The notes under the pieces are model-generated. The model searched no databases. It was not told the DNA's origin and saw only the letters and a program-made list of their open reading frames with translations. Made by a program: the position numbers and the translations under genes. Below are positions 36,888 to 50,687 of a stretch of 64,000 nucleotides of DNA, piece after piece; within the stretch, counting starts at the first letter, position 1; every line of letters starts with the position of its first letter. This DNA comes from Phoronis australis (taxonomy: Eukaryota; Animalia; Phoronida), in the NCBI GenBank assembly GCA_002633005.1, contig NMRA01000751.1, positions 72,629-136,628 of the forward strand, given 5' to 3'.

Positions 36888-39537
36888 GCTCTGTCGATTC
36901 TTCTGTGCACAGAATGTCAAACTATATAACATACTCTGTGGCTCTTGAGGTCTGTTAAGTAAGATTTCGAACTGCAGAGTTGAGCATGCAGAAGGGTGCG
37001 TTCAGGGGCTAGAGGACAATGTTACTAATGTCTTATTATTACATTCTCTCTAATAAACGCCCACATTTGTACGAGCACCCCCTACTCAATTTCAGACTGC
37101 TTGAATAAATACCCCCTGTGAACATTCGAAAGGGAATTGTGCTGTAAAGTGTTCAATGTTTCATCTACTTTCAGCAGTACTGAATGGAAACCTTAGTCGC
37201 TAGCTTTATTGGTTGTCACTTTGAGCTGTAAAGAAGCACTCCCAAAACGTTCCTTTTGAGGTGCACTTGCTAAGGCAAATACCATAAGAAATTGTGGCAA
37301 GAACTTAAGAAGTCTCAGTGATTAAGGATGAGTGATGAATGTGGGTCAGAGGTCACCAGCTGCTGACAGCTTGAATTTATATTTCAGTATTAGAAAAGAA
37401 CAATTATGGAATATATTTGAAAATTAGCCCATCCAGGTTTGCAAAGTTGAAGGTGAATTGGTCACTCATTTCTGGAAAATAGAAATCAGGGTCTTTAGAT
37501 TCCGTTTTTAAATTGAATGACATTTCTAATGAACAAGTTCCGAAACAAAATTCATCATTGTAGTGTCGGGGAATCCACCAACTCGGTTTACTGAAATTAT
37601 TCACACTTGTGAAATGTTTTGTTTGCCAGCTTTGACTGGTTTTCTTATTAATGTTCCCCAGAATCGCTTAATAACTCCGTGTAACAGAGGTTTGTAGTCG
37701 ATTGTTGTTAAGTGCTTGTTTCCATATATTGTTGCAAGCAGCATGAAAAGATTGTATTAACGCATGTCTGTTCCTGTGATCACACGGTTTTGGAGGAAGG
37801 AGGCATTACGTAGTTATGTGTCACCTGAGTGAATTAAATCTAGGCCGTGTTCTTTGGAGGCAAGAAACTCATGAGAAAATCTTGTTTGATAGCATGTTTC
37901 GCTTGCAGCTGATGGTGTTATCTCGTGAAGACTTGCGTGATGTGTTTTTGCGAGTTTCTTGTGTCTGCAGAGTACAACCTGTATTTTACTACAAAAGGAA
38001 AGTAATAAGTATTGTCACAAAATTATAAAGATCACAGCTATACTTAAAACATCATCACTACGTGAAAACAATGAAATATTTTGAGTGGAAATAGCAGACA
38101 GATGAAAGGTGGGGCATCTTGTACTAATGTGACATTCATTTTGAAATTATGTATAAATTGTGCACTGGCAATACATCCCATACCCTGCGCTTACTTAAAG
38201 AAATCCACCTGCGATGCCTTTAATCTAAAAGACTCCGTGTTGCTAGCAATAGCTCATCCAAAAAGAAAGCTAAAACTGGCACTGACTTTCACTCAACTGT
38301 TGCATTTTGAATGTTAGTTATCTCTGCTGGCCTAGTAATTTGTCTCTGGCAATGTTGGGGTTTCAAATTATTCATTTTCTGTTGTCGACTGAACCTGTAC
38401 CATACTATGTATTAAACATGTGTCAGTCCTGCTGCTAAATTATATTTAAATTATATTATTTTATTATGCTGCATTATTGAACTTATGACTGATGAAGATA
38501 AACGTGTGGCCGGTTTTATGACTGACAGCAGGCATAACCTGAAATATTGCATATTTTGCCAGCGTGCTTATTGTCAAATGGTAGAGAGTCGGACTTGGTT
38601 CTTGCATTTTTTATTATCTTAAGAAACGTTTGATCATCAGTGCATATCAATTGTAACCACGGAATTGGGATGACCCAAGAGAATCTGGTTTCAACAGTGT
38701 ACAATTGTGGGCTAAATCTATTTTCTTTAAAGTTTTGCCCATCACTATAGCGTTATTCTGCTAGTTGTATTCATCCATAAGCGGCTTAATGAAGTTAGTA
38801 TCCACTTTTCAATCACAGTACTTAACCTTCACCAAACCCTGGATGGTACAGTTATGTTATTTTCATATGCATGTTTTGGTTTGGCATATTTAATGATAGT
38901 TGATCACTTATACCTTTGAAGCTACAGTTCTGTACAGTATTTGTTTGCCCTGCCCAAGTTTCTTTGACCAAAGCCTTCTGAGAAGTACGAATGGATATTT
39001 AATACCAACTGAACTGTCACTTAATTATTTTCAATTCCACTAAATTTTGGAGTTAGTGTCACAGATCCTGTCACAGGACATTTTTTTTGTCAAAGGTTTA
39101 AGTGACATCATTTTATAATCAAAGCTATGCTATGTATCTCATTAAATTCCATCGAGCAGTGGCGACTGGCTGTATGGAGTGATATCAGGTTTTGGACTGG
39201 ACGAGGGAAAGGCTTCAGTTTTGTACACAATGTTTCAGTTTTGGCCAAGATGCCTGCAGTGATTAAAGTTTGAGATGGATTTGACCTTTTTGGCTCCCTC
39301 TCGTGGCGATTTTTATTATGCACCCACGTGTACATAATGTGGGTGCATGTTGCCATCTTCTGTGTCTGGGGATCGGCTGATATGTTCTTTTGGAGCTGAC
39401 GAAGGATGGCAAGTTTCGGAGGGATTTGACTACTGCTGTGCCCCTTAGTGGCAATTATGTATGTTGGGAATTGTTTAATGGATTTTCATGAAATTTCTAA
39501 AATAAGTTACTATTAATGAGACCATGATGCCTTTTCA

Positions 39538-40650
39538 TTTTTATGCGCCCACATATTTATATGTGGACGCATTATGCCGTCATCTCTGTCCGTCCGTCCG
39601 GCCGTCCGTCCGGGCGGCGTCCGTCCGGCGTCCGCTGCTCTATCTCCAAAACCCTTTGACATACATTCATGAAATTTGGCACATATGTTCCATTCATGAA
39701 TGGGACGGCATGTGCGAACTTTCGGATGGATCCGACTACCGGTGTGCCCCCTAGTGGCAATTTTAGTTTTTTACGCTTACCTTTGTATCTTCAAAAGTCC
39801 TGAACGGATTTTCATGAAATTTGGTATGTAGGCACCTAGTAGTGAGATGACGCTATCCTGCCGTTTTCGGATGGATTCGACATAGTTTGCGCCACCTAGT
39901 GGCCATTTTTANCCAATAGGGAGCACAGCAATAATCAAATTCCTACAAAATTTGTGGCCAGCCGTTTCCACATGTGTAGGAAAACATCGCAGAATTTCAC
40001 AAAAATCCTGTGAAGGATTAAAGAGATGCATTGTTATGGAGATGGCAATAGCAGAGTTTGATTTGAGGTGCTCATAGTGGGTGTCCAATTTTGGCATCCT
40101 TTCTAACTCTGCAATGTGGTTTGAAGAATTCTTCTGGAATGCTGTACTATTGAAGGAAAACAATGGATAGCGTCAACTGCTGCTACACTGTGTGGTGGCA
40201 GTTTTTTGCCTTTACCTCCATATCTAACAAATTAGATGAAGGAGCTTCATAAAACTTTGAGTAAAATTTTATCCAGGTCATCCCATTCTTGGACAGTTCT
40301 GATTATTTTGTACTGTGCCCTCTGGTGGTAATTAAATTAATTTGCTTTTGTATATCTGCTAAACTGAAGAATTATGGCAAATGAATGAGTTCCTATTAAT
40401 AAAGTGACCACGACTGTTCTTGATTATTGGATGGATCAAAGTACTGCAGTGCTCGTAGTGGTTATTTTTTTACAGCTATCATAATTGCTAGCAAGCTGGC
40501 CACGTTTTGGGTGTTTACACAAAATTTTAAGTTCATTATTGTTGCTCAGTCTAGTATGTGGAAATGTTTGAAACATGGGTACCCCCGATATCTTTGCCAT
40601 TTGCGATGCACGTGGTAGGCGCATATCAACGCTCTGCATTGCTCTTGTAC
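39538..40650 (+). mobile_element. HINE-like repeat with both termini visible (spans an N at 39912)
   Basis: 5' ttttatgcgcccacatatttatatgtggacgcat palindrome and (TCCG)n; 3' ggcgcata sub-TIR plus caacgctctgcattg hairpin and ctcttgt. Confidence 0.7.
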
Positions 40651-41448
40651 ATTACATTGTGTCAAGTGTCCGATTCACCACCACCAACTTGATTTTTTTC
40701 AAGTGAGTGAGTTGCATGGGTCTTAAAAAAACTGTGCCGTTGGTGATGTTGTAGTTTTGGTTTTTAAGACAAGTGTTGCCAGGAAGGACTGGTACTATAC
40801 AAAAGTCATGCATGTATGTACATAAAATCGCGCAATTTGCTGTCTGTATTAATAGTAACGAGTAAACAGGGTTATCCCCGTACAAGTGACTCTTCATGTT
40901 TGTGCAATGCATTAGTGCAAATTGTCATGTTATGGCTGGTGTCATGCTGTATTCAGTTTACAAACTCTTGTCATATGCCACCATTGACACTGAAAATTTA
41001 TTTAACATTTACATTTATTTAAAATGTACAGAATTAATGTAAACGTTTGGTTTTTAATCATTCTGTATTTGTTTGTTATGGTGGTATAGTCATGCTGTAC
41101 TGTAAGTTTATTTAATGCTTGTTTTCTTGACAAGTGATTTTCGGATTCATCTAAAAAGAGTTAATTAATAATACAATCAATCATGATGGTAACCATGTAA
41201 AAGAATTTTAATTATGGTTCTGAACACATTTTGTAAAGTGCAGCTATAATTTTGAAATCCCAATGAAACAGTTTACAGTGTAGTGTATCTACCCTCAAAT
41301 GAGTCTCACGGTTACCACACGTCTTTGTTCAAGTGCTTCACTTTGAATGCCATAAGTCTTGATCACGGCTAAAATGTGCCGTGTTTCTTTTTACACGTGT
41401 CGACATTCAAAATGTCCACTATGCGTGCACCATATGTATACCATTAGT

Positions 41449-41504
41449 TGTAATCTTGTGAATATCAACTAATATCTGTAATCTTGTGAATATCAACTAA
41501 TATC
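41449..41504. repeat. Exact 28-bp tandem duplication
   Basis: tgtaatcttgtgaatatcaactaatatc x2. Confidence 0.9.
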
Positions 41505-41532
41505 ATTCTGTAAATGATACTGTAATGTACAA

Positions 41533-41538
41533 AATAAA
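41533..41538 (+). promoter_or_regulatory. Candidate distal poly(A) signal of Raf (would imply a ~4.6 kb 3' UTR)
   Basis: AATAAA ending an AT-rich stretch with many TGTA motifs; other AATAAA sites occur upstream, so usage is unproven. Confidence 0.35.
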
Positions 41539-41689
41539 CTGTACGTATAAGCAAAATATTTTATCATGATCATTCCTGGTTATTTTGATAATGGTATATA
41601 CGTGAATGGCTCTCAAATTTTCATCAGTTTATTGCTAGATATTGAGGGGGCTTCATTGTATGGATTTTGCTATAGAAATAGTAGTCCAA

Positions 41690-42030
41690 CCTCCCTTTGA
41701 TACACAAACTAGGCGTGATTAGAACGGACTATCGTGAGAAGACCATCCCCAACAGAGGGCATTGACGTTGAATTGGATTACTACAGAACAGTGTTAAAGA
41801 GATGTGGCCATCCTGGGTGGTCATTCCACAAGGCAGACCATCGTGTAGTCGGGCCACAGAACACGTAGTTTAATATCAGGATAACATTACTTTTTGTGCC
41901 AGGGATTTCAGACCAGGTTAAATCTCTCATGAGGGGCCACGATATTTCTGTTTTGTTCAAACCAATTAACACCTTAAGGAGTCAGCTAATGAATGTGAAA
42001 GATAAGACCACGAAAGAGAAGGTGTCCTTG
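41690..42030 (+). mobile_element. Degenerate Penelope-like element fragment (RT thumb/linker region)
   Basis: Translation VPGISDQVKSLMRGHDISVLFKPINTLRSQLMNVKDK resembles the PLE linker consensus PYxxGxSExIxR...FKPxNTLR...KD. Confidence 0.6.
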
Positions 42031-44139
42031 TTACGTGTACCAAATATCCACAATATCCCTGATATCACACTAGGGTACTGGTTGGTCCCGTTGTTAGCGC
42101 GGAAGCGGTACCGGCAGACAATCGTGACCTAGAGATATGCGTCTTGTTTTTATCGCATAAGACAGCCAAAGAGAAAATGACAACCATATTAATCGCCAAA
42201 CTACAGCTACGTCTTTACTTTCAGTTGCCAAGAAATTCTCAAACCCCTTTACTTGTTTCTGGGGTTATGTGCACAAAATATGATTTGTCTTCCACACACT
42301 GTTACCAACGTAAAGTGTAGGCCTACTCCAGCGATTCAAGTGCGTGAACTCACGAGTGCACACCACCAAATCATGTGTACTTTTCATTAACTATTCAAAT
42401 ATGCTATTTAAAAAACTTCCAAAACAAAAAATTAAAAATACTATTGTCTGATTATCTTGAGAATGATAACACCAGAGGCGATGTAATTAACTACCACACC
42501 AAGGAGTCTGATGATAACACCAAATATCCTGGTACGCAAACTGGTCCATTGGCGCAATTTTGACCGGTGCGGGTGTCAATTCAGTTAGGATCTTTTCATG
42601 GAGATTCCTATAAAATGAGAGGTGCATACCAGCTGGACCCCCGTTGGACTTGAGCCTGCTCATAAAATCCTGCATTCATCTGTGTATTGTTAATCAACAA
42701 AAACAATATTTCAGAGAACAGTGATGTAAATAAATTAACATGCACATGAACAACAATAAGTATTTGTTTAAAAGATGAAACAAAATGTGTAGTCCTAGAT
42801 ACAATGGAGGCATTTGCACATCACATTCAATATTCTATACATTTGTGTTCCATGTTTAACATTGGCAATAAAAATGAATGCACACGTGAAGAGTGGGCGA
42901 TTGGTCTCGTCATGATTCATTCAGGTAAAACTATTAATTTCACAATTCACAATGACATTTGTGGAGTCATGACATATTTCCATTTCATTCACGGATTCTC
43001 TATCACCAGGTTGTCTTACATATTTCCCCCACTCACCTGCCACTTCTCGGGACACCATCGCTGGCATCTCCCCAGTTCTTCACTAATTCTCCCCCCTGCC
43101 TAACCAATCAGCCACCCCATGAGCCAAGTTTCACAAGCTACAAGCTCTTAACCGCTACTTCCCAAAAAGCAATTACTCAAACTGAAACCACAGCTGTGCT
43201 TATGCTTATGCCATGGGTATCCCATCTCTGATAGCTACTGATGATTTAGGCAAGGTAAGGACATCCGTCATTTGCATATGAAATCCACATAAACACCGAC
43301 AACTCTGGTTACCGACAACCTTCAGCCGAGGCATGGACTTGACGCCGCCACCAAAACCTCCGATGGAAATGGTGTAGTCATTAAAAGCTAATTATACACA
43401 GTGTGGCCTTAACATACAAATCGCAAACATGCTTTACGGATGAAAAAAATGCAGTTTTACGTTCACCCATAGCACAAAAAAACCTCGCCCACAGAATTTG
43501 CCATGCATATGTGAATTCTGACAAGCACGAATAGCAGACATACTAAAAAATGAGCACATACAATAGTTACACAATGGACAGATCTCTCTTTGAAATTCAC
43601 CACTGACAACTGTTGTGCGAGTTCTTTTTCTATTTGCTGACAACTACCCTCTCGATCTTCAGTTTTTTCTTTGCAGATATGGCCGCAACAACCAACCAAC
43701 CAGGAATACGGCCAACTCGTAACTTTTCGTCTGCTCGTGGCCGATTTTAAGAATTAATTAGTATTTCCTTAGAGACACGAATTTGGATGCGTTAGCCTTA
43801 AATTTAGAATGTATATATGGCACCATGCATGCAAGTATTTATTATGCACATACATTTGAACAAAAGTAATGCCTTTTCTTGCCTTTTTGCTCCTTACCAG
43901 TCACAGACTTCACACAAACAGGATCATATGACTAAGCATGACTAGTGTTCAGACAGCTGTCCTCTGCATTATATGCAAATATCTTAAGTAACAGATTTAT
44001 GTATCTTCTGTCTATTCCTGACATTTTCCAAAACAAAATTGAAAACAAATCAACATCTACCATTTCACAGCTGAGAAGCCCATCTGTTATGTCATTTAAA
44101 ATTAACTCTTTCCTTTTCTTCAAATTAAATGTGGATAAA

Positions 44140-44250
44140 GGTACCCATAGGTGCATAGGCCTAAATACAAAGGCACAACACCCATAGGTGCATAGGCCTA
44201 AATACGTACAAAGGCACAACACACATAGATGCAAAGGCCTAAATACAGAA
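44140..44250. repeat. ~37-bp tandem repeat x3 (cataggtgcataggcctaaatac...aaggcacaaca)
   Basis: Direct reading. Confidence 0.8.
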
Positions 44251-45709
44251 ATCGGCAATAACAACAAAACAACAAAAACGTTGCAAGATGTTAAAGTGAA
44301 ATAGCCTTTTAAACCACTCCGTTTCCCTTTCGCCTAGTGACTTGGGATTATAAACTTGACTTCGCTACTGAAGTATGGAGTAAAGACTACAGTTCCATGG
44401 CAAATACAGGTTGGGTCAAAAATGGTACACACTCTGACTGTTCACTATCTATTTATGTTGAACATTTTCAACATCGCAAACTTAAAGCAATGTGTGACAG
44501 AAACACAAAATTTTTGTTTGATACTGACGCTTTATATTTTATCACTTAACACAATTCGGATGACGTTTCCAATCAATGCGCCTCGTCCTGAACTACAGTT
44601 GCGACGTGCATATAGAAGTTTGTGATTATGCAGCACACATGCCCAGAGGAATTCTTTGAATTTCCTGACAAAGGTTTTCTTTCAGAGACTTATTTGTAGA
44701 TTGTTGCAGTAAACTCTCTCTTTTAGATAACCCTAAGACAACATTCACCAGGATAATGATGAGGGGAGTCTGCTAGCCATAGAGTCTGTGCAAAGCAAGG
44801 TGGTCAGACAATCGACACTAAGTGATATACAGAAATGACAAGGAAATTTATGCCAGCACAGAGGAGTAACCAGGGGATTGGCATGAATATTGACATTTAT
44901 ATAACATACGTCTTTGTACAGCCGTGCAATAACCGTGTCACGGGTCTGTGCAAAAGCCCAAAGGTTACTGTATTGTCACGTGACCATAAGAATAACCGTG
45001 GTCATGTGACCAAAAACAGCTGAACTACTTTCTGTGGCTGTAATTCCAAAGTTTCAACCAGTTCAACCACGGTTTTTGCAGAATAAATTACATGAATTTA
45101 CGTTCATTTTACCTTTCAAAAACTAAACAATTAATACACTGGAGAGCCCTTATCATAAATTCTCCTCGCAGTAACTAAACGAACATGTTTTTGCCACTTG
45201 GCCTTCGTTGTCACTCCTTCCTCAAACTCGCCCATTCACGACAGCTTGTAAACAAAGCCGGTGAAACTAATCATTGTATACTGCAGTGGTAATGGGAAGA
45301 GCTGGATTTGGAGGTGTCACAGTGTCAGGTAGCCAGTGACATCTATGGGGACCAAGTTAATCAAGAGGAAAGCCAACAATTCATAGAATTGTAAGAATGA
45401 GAAAACACTATAAGAAAAAACTGCAAGTGACATCAGAATTTTTGAAACCTGACTTTTCAGTGTCATCGTATTCCTACACAAAGCAACGAGGGGGGGAGAT
45501 CTGAAGTATGTGGCATAAATATTTTGGCTGAGTGTAAACACTCACACGGCGCAGCAATCAAGGCTACTACTACACCCATATAAAAACATGCGTAGTTAAA
45601 CATATATTTATCAACAGAATGTTACAAACCAACACTGCTTGAATGTTTTACTGGAACACTTCCAACGAAAGTTTCCTAGAAAAAGTCTCATCTAAAATCA
45701 CATAGATAA

Positions 45710-45878
45710 CAGTGGCGGATTTAGAGGGGGGCCAAGGGGGCCATGCCCCCCCCCCCTAAAACTCTCCCAGATTCCATTTGGCAGTTCGGGGGTGCGCCGT
45801 CTGACGGGCAAAATCCTGTCTAATACTCTGCCCTGCCCTGCCCCCCCCCCCTAAGTAAAAATCCTGGATCCGTCCCAG
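45710..45878. mobile_element. Short hAT-like MITE
   Basis: Termini cagtggcggattta / ctggatccgtcccag with G/C runs. Confidence 0.55.
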
Positions 45879-46531
45879 GACAATCCATGACCGTCTCACA
45901 ATCTTGATCTATATCCTGCAAGCTATTTCTTTTGAGCTGCCTAAAAGAGAGTCTACAGCAAGCAAAGAGATTCTGAAGGCAAACAACCCACTGGATATGT
46001 GTGAATGAGTTATCATAAACTTGAATGAGAGCTTAGCAACAACTGTGATTCAGAACCGGCTGTGCATATGGATTGAAAAATGTCATTAATTATTGAATTA
46101 CCACAAAATAGGTGACTATGACTATCAAAGAAAAATTTAAAGCTTCTGTGATATATATTTGAACATAAAAATTTGTCTACAATCAGTAACATTTTTGACC
46201 CACCCTGTATTAGGAAACAAAGAGCACCAACTAGAGATAAAAAGACAATGGCAAATAAGATAACATGCATGGTAACTGCTACCCACTGTTGCAAAACGAA
46301 TACTTTTCAAACAAATATTTGCAGACAACTGCGACCCTACCAACAGATAATAGGGTTTTTACCCAGTAATGACTCATGTAATACTTTGTGTAGGGAACAT
46401 AAATAAAAGTGTTTTGCACCAAATCGAGCTTGACTCCCCAAGTTGAGTCAAATAACAGTTATCGGATTCAAATGATTAGTGGTGGTTGGTGACCAGCTAA
46501 ACAGCGAAAATTATATGAGTAGTCAAATTGT

Positions 46532-46704
46532 CTAAGTAGAAGTATCTGGCCTGGCAGACATTTCTTTAATATCACCGTCCGTCTTTGATTTCGACACAGA
46601 AGTTGACTGGATAGTATCATCTTGGCTGGATGTTGATGGTGCAAGGGAGAACTTGTTTGAAAAACGGGACAGCATTCCTTCACTGCGGCTCTGAGAGACT
46701 GCAC
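46532..46704 (-). CDS. HDAC11: HDAC11 probable terminal exon, Ser/Thr-rich tail (AVSQSRSEGMLSRFSNKF...ARPDTST*)
   Basis: tgcttatttcag| acceptor; the phase 1 join to the 49714 donor is open for 56 codons to TAG. Confidence 0.7.
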
Positions 46705-48198
46705 CTGAAATAAGCATCACCTAATTGTTGTACGTGGACCAATGCAGAAAACTTGTTCCACTAACACATGTTCTAATATATCAAATAAACACAGAAAAAT
46801 CAGGAACCCCAAAACTGGGAATCGAACCACAGGTCTCTAGATTGCAATTGACTGGAAGGACCAGAAAAGTGATATGGTGATGCACTGTACTAAATTTGGT
46901 TTGCTGGTATTAAAATACTAAAAACCTATAACGAAATATTCTGATAATTTTGTGTGTGACATGAACGCAACCTCATGCATAAGATCCCTCCACAACTTAA
47001 GGATATCTTAAACCTTATTCACAAAATTGGCCATTTTTACAATAATTCACGTGTTTAGCAAAATACCTTATCTTCATTCTCGGGGAACTTCAAATACAAA
47101 ATATATACCACACAGCAAGAAAAACAGATTTAGCAGAACCACCTTGGAACCGCAAAACAGTGTGGGTATTTGTCTACTATTTATCCGAGGTCAAAGGTTA
47201 TAGGGCGGTCACTCAAATCGAATCTCCGGTACAGAGCAGCTTCGTATACCCTCAGTCCTTTCATTCACCAAGTCGTCATAATACATAACGCGAAGTTGTC
47301 GTGAGGACTCGATTGGGACCTCAGGGGTCTCACGCTCCACCGGCTAAATTGAAAAGGCTTTGTCCAGTCACGCGTTGTGGGTCATAAATCGAGATAATGA
47401 TACGAACAGCTGACGCGACAAGCAGAACTACTTTCTTTTACTTCATTTGTGCACTAACTGGAGAAATTTAGAATTAGACTTTTAAACACTATCCGATCGT
47501 CAACTTTTTTCGGGAGACTTAAATCTCAATGTAGTTTGCGCAAAGACGATGTGCAATTTTTGGAGGTGTATTGACGATGATCAACGTTAAAACGGAGAGN
47601 ACTGCGGCTCTGAGAGACTGCACCTGAAATAAGCATCACCTAATTGTTGTATGTGGATCAATGCAGAAAACTTGTTCCACTAACAGATCTTCTAAATTAT
47701 ATCAAATAAACACAGAAAAATCAGGAACCCCAAATGGGAATCGAACAACAGGTCTCTAGATTGCAATTGCCTGGAATGACCAGAAAAGTGATATGGTGAT
47801 GCACTGTACTAAATTTGGTTTGCTGGTATTAAAATACTAAAAACCTGTAACAAAATATTCCGATAATTTTTTGTGTGACATGAACGCAACCCCATGCATA
47901 AGATCCCTCCACAACTTACGGATATCTCAAACCTTATTCACAAAAATTGGCCATTTTTACAATATTTCACGTGTCTAGCAAAATACCTTATCTTCATTCT
48001 CGGGGAACTTCAAATACAAAATATATATCACATAGCAAGAAAAACAGATTTAGCAGAACCACCTTGGGTATTTGGTGTGGGTATTTGTCTACTATTTATC
48101 CGAGGTCAAAGGTTATTGGGCGGTCACTCAAATCGAATCTCCGGTACAGAGCAGCTTCGTATACCATCAGTCCTTTCATTCACCAAGTCGTCATAATA
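46682..48198. repeat. ~600-bp direct duplication (46682-47283 and 47601-48198) across an N gap; likely two haplotypes
   Basis: Second copy starts immediately after the N at 47600; copies differ by scattered SNPs and small indels. Confidence 0.85.
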
Positions 48199-49713
48199 TT
48201 GAGCCAATGAGGTGTACTTATGATAGAATGGTGCCGGGGAAAACAAAGACAAAACGTAGGTTTAATCCTGAGGGAGTTGTGCATCTACATGCACACGACC
48301 GTTGGTGTTGAGAACGAATGCTACGAGTCGCCTCAGGCCTCTGTGGTCACGAACACAGCAACTTGTGAGAAGAGATGAATCCTCATCCAAATTCCTTAAA
48401 TCAATTAATGAATTGACATTTCGATAATCAATTAATAAATTGACATTTCGATGTTTCGATCTCCTGCTAACGACATGCTTTAACCATCGATTCGATTTTT
48501 GTTATCCATTTCTTACTTGGTTTCATATCAGCCTCCTGGCATGTGATGTGTACAGGCTATGTGTATGACAATGAAATGTGACAACAGTAACACTTGATCC
48601 CAAAGGGGTGTTTTAATGATAATTAAGTTCATTACTTACTGCAAATTCAGTTGACATTGCTAGTGAATGTTGAAATAGCTAACAAAGTTAAGGCTTGTAC
48701 AGGTTATGTTTACCGAAAACAAGTTTTCACTGCAAAATTAATCAAAGATTTTGAGATTTTCACTCATCTTAGTTTAATTGGCTTTTTCTTGGCTTCGGCA
48801 AATCGACCTTATATAAACTTAGGAACACAAGTTCTCTAAAACAGCTAGGTGGATTTCGCTGAAACCTTCCAAACTTAATATTTAGTCCTCAATCTCAAAA
48901 ACGCTGTTAAGATTTTCGATATAAAGGCCTAGTTTTTGCGTAATGTAACAAAGACGAATACGACTTCTATTTTTCACAAAAATACATTACGCTTTGAGAG
49001 TTGATTTGTCATAAAAAAGACTAATAAAGAATTGCTAAGTGTTTTTTAGGTAATTGGTGAAGTTTTCATTTAAACAAGGTTTCATTAAAATTGACCAAAG
49101 AAATATTTTGCTATGAATGTACCTTTCTTAAAAATGAAACTTTGACTTAAAAAAGGTGTTTACATAATAATAATGATAATGTTACATGAATACAAAAAAA
49201 TTATATTCCCAGATCCTTCTTCTTCCAGAAAATATATACTTTTACTAAGATGACAAACTAGTTAGAATGGAGGCCACTAAATAAAGTTTGAGATAACCTT
49301 AAGCTAAGCTGAATAATGGTAGAATGGTCATTTTCATAACACCGGTAAAAAGATTTACTTAGCTCAAGGCGAAGTGCAGTTTTTAATGGCAATAATGTTG
49401 TGTCAGATTTTATTTGGGCAGTTTTTTAGCCACATTGGTGCAAACTTGTATATTCAATATACATTTGAGTATGAATGTGAATAGGAAGAAGATATTGCTA
49501 GATGTTTTACAAATTTTTTTCATAAAATGAATCATGACCTGTGGGTCAAGAGAAAGAAGTCTGCAATGTGAACTATGCGGACAGTAACTCTTTCAGGTAA
49601 AACCTGAATTTTCATGCGTTTTAATAGCCTCAATCAATAAATAAACCTGATAAAACAAGCAATAAGGTGCACAAGAAACAATGAATTTCAATTATTTTTT
49701 TTTCAATACATAC

Positions 49714-49888
49714 GCATGGCTTCCTCAGCCTGATCACAGTCAATCAACTTGAGACTATGCAGATTCAATATAGAGTCAGCTATGATCCTCGCTGTTGACC
49801 GCTGGTACCCCCCACTGGTCACCATCAAAATAGGTATGTTCCTCGACCGAGCCTTCTCAAACACTATTTGATCACGCTCAATGACACC
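49714..49888 (-). CDS. HDAC11: HDAC11 exon (GVIERDQIVFEKAR...TSGGYQRSTARIIADSILNL...EEAM)
   Basis: tttcag| acceptor; catalytic Tyr in SGGY; donor c|gtatgt in phase 1; read-through would stop at 49703. Confidence 0.92.
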
Positions 49889-50578
49889 CTGAAAATGTTC
49901 ATTAGAAAAAAAGATAATGCAAAGAAAATCCACTTAGAGTTTATACATAATGAAAAAAATTATCGCACAAGTGTCTACATTGATGCCCACAGATTTTGTA
50001 GTTCCGATTTACGACTTCATGTGGCGCCACCTCTAATGGACATTTACCAACTCCCAAAAGTTAACATTCTTCACTTTTTCGTCATTGAGAGCAAAAGAAT
50101 ACATGGATAATCATGAAATCATTGACGGCATAATTCGCCAAATAATTGAAAGGCACGGCCTGAATAAGTTGAAAGCAAAGTGTAGATTAAGTTAACTTTT
50201 ACCTGAATTAATACATTGCTATATAGCAGAGCCAGACATCATGGCATTTACAGGGTTTATGCTGCATAACCAAATCATAAGCACCACGATAATGCATTGC
50301 TACAGAATCTAAAATTTAGTTAAAATGACAAAAACTTCAATGGAGAATGACAGTCACCCAGCTATGGGCAAGACATTGTAACTTCAAAGAATGAACGACA
50401 ACATTTTTAGTGTCTGATATCCACCTCTCAACAACAACAATTGTACAGTCAGAAAACAGCACCGATCATTCATCATATAGCTGTTGACTATTTTCGTTAC
50501 CAAGAAGTAAACCAAGAATCTCATGCTTGACAAATCTTTGTTCATTTGTAATTTGCTTTAGTGGCAAAGAAATTCTAC

Positions 50579-50687
50579 CTGAGGAGAAATTGAAAGACAT
50601 CCCAGAGAGTCACCTTCCAGAATATCCGTACCCGCATTGTACACAATAGCATCAGGCGAGAACTCGTTCAGAGCTCCTTCAACATGT
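50579..50687 (-). CDS. HDAC11: HDAC11 exon (HVEGALNEFSPDAIVYNAGTDILEGDSLGCLSISPQ)
   Basis: ttgcag| and |gtagaa, 109 nt, phase 2-0. Confidence 0.94.

Noticed and set aside
46815-46847. Minus-strand B box and tRNA-like 3' half
   Set aside because: No matching 5' half or A box; at most a decayed tRNA/SINE fragment.
47601-47630. A duplicated alternative HDAC11 terminal exon
   Set aside because: Truncated by the N gap and part of the probable haplotype duplication.
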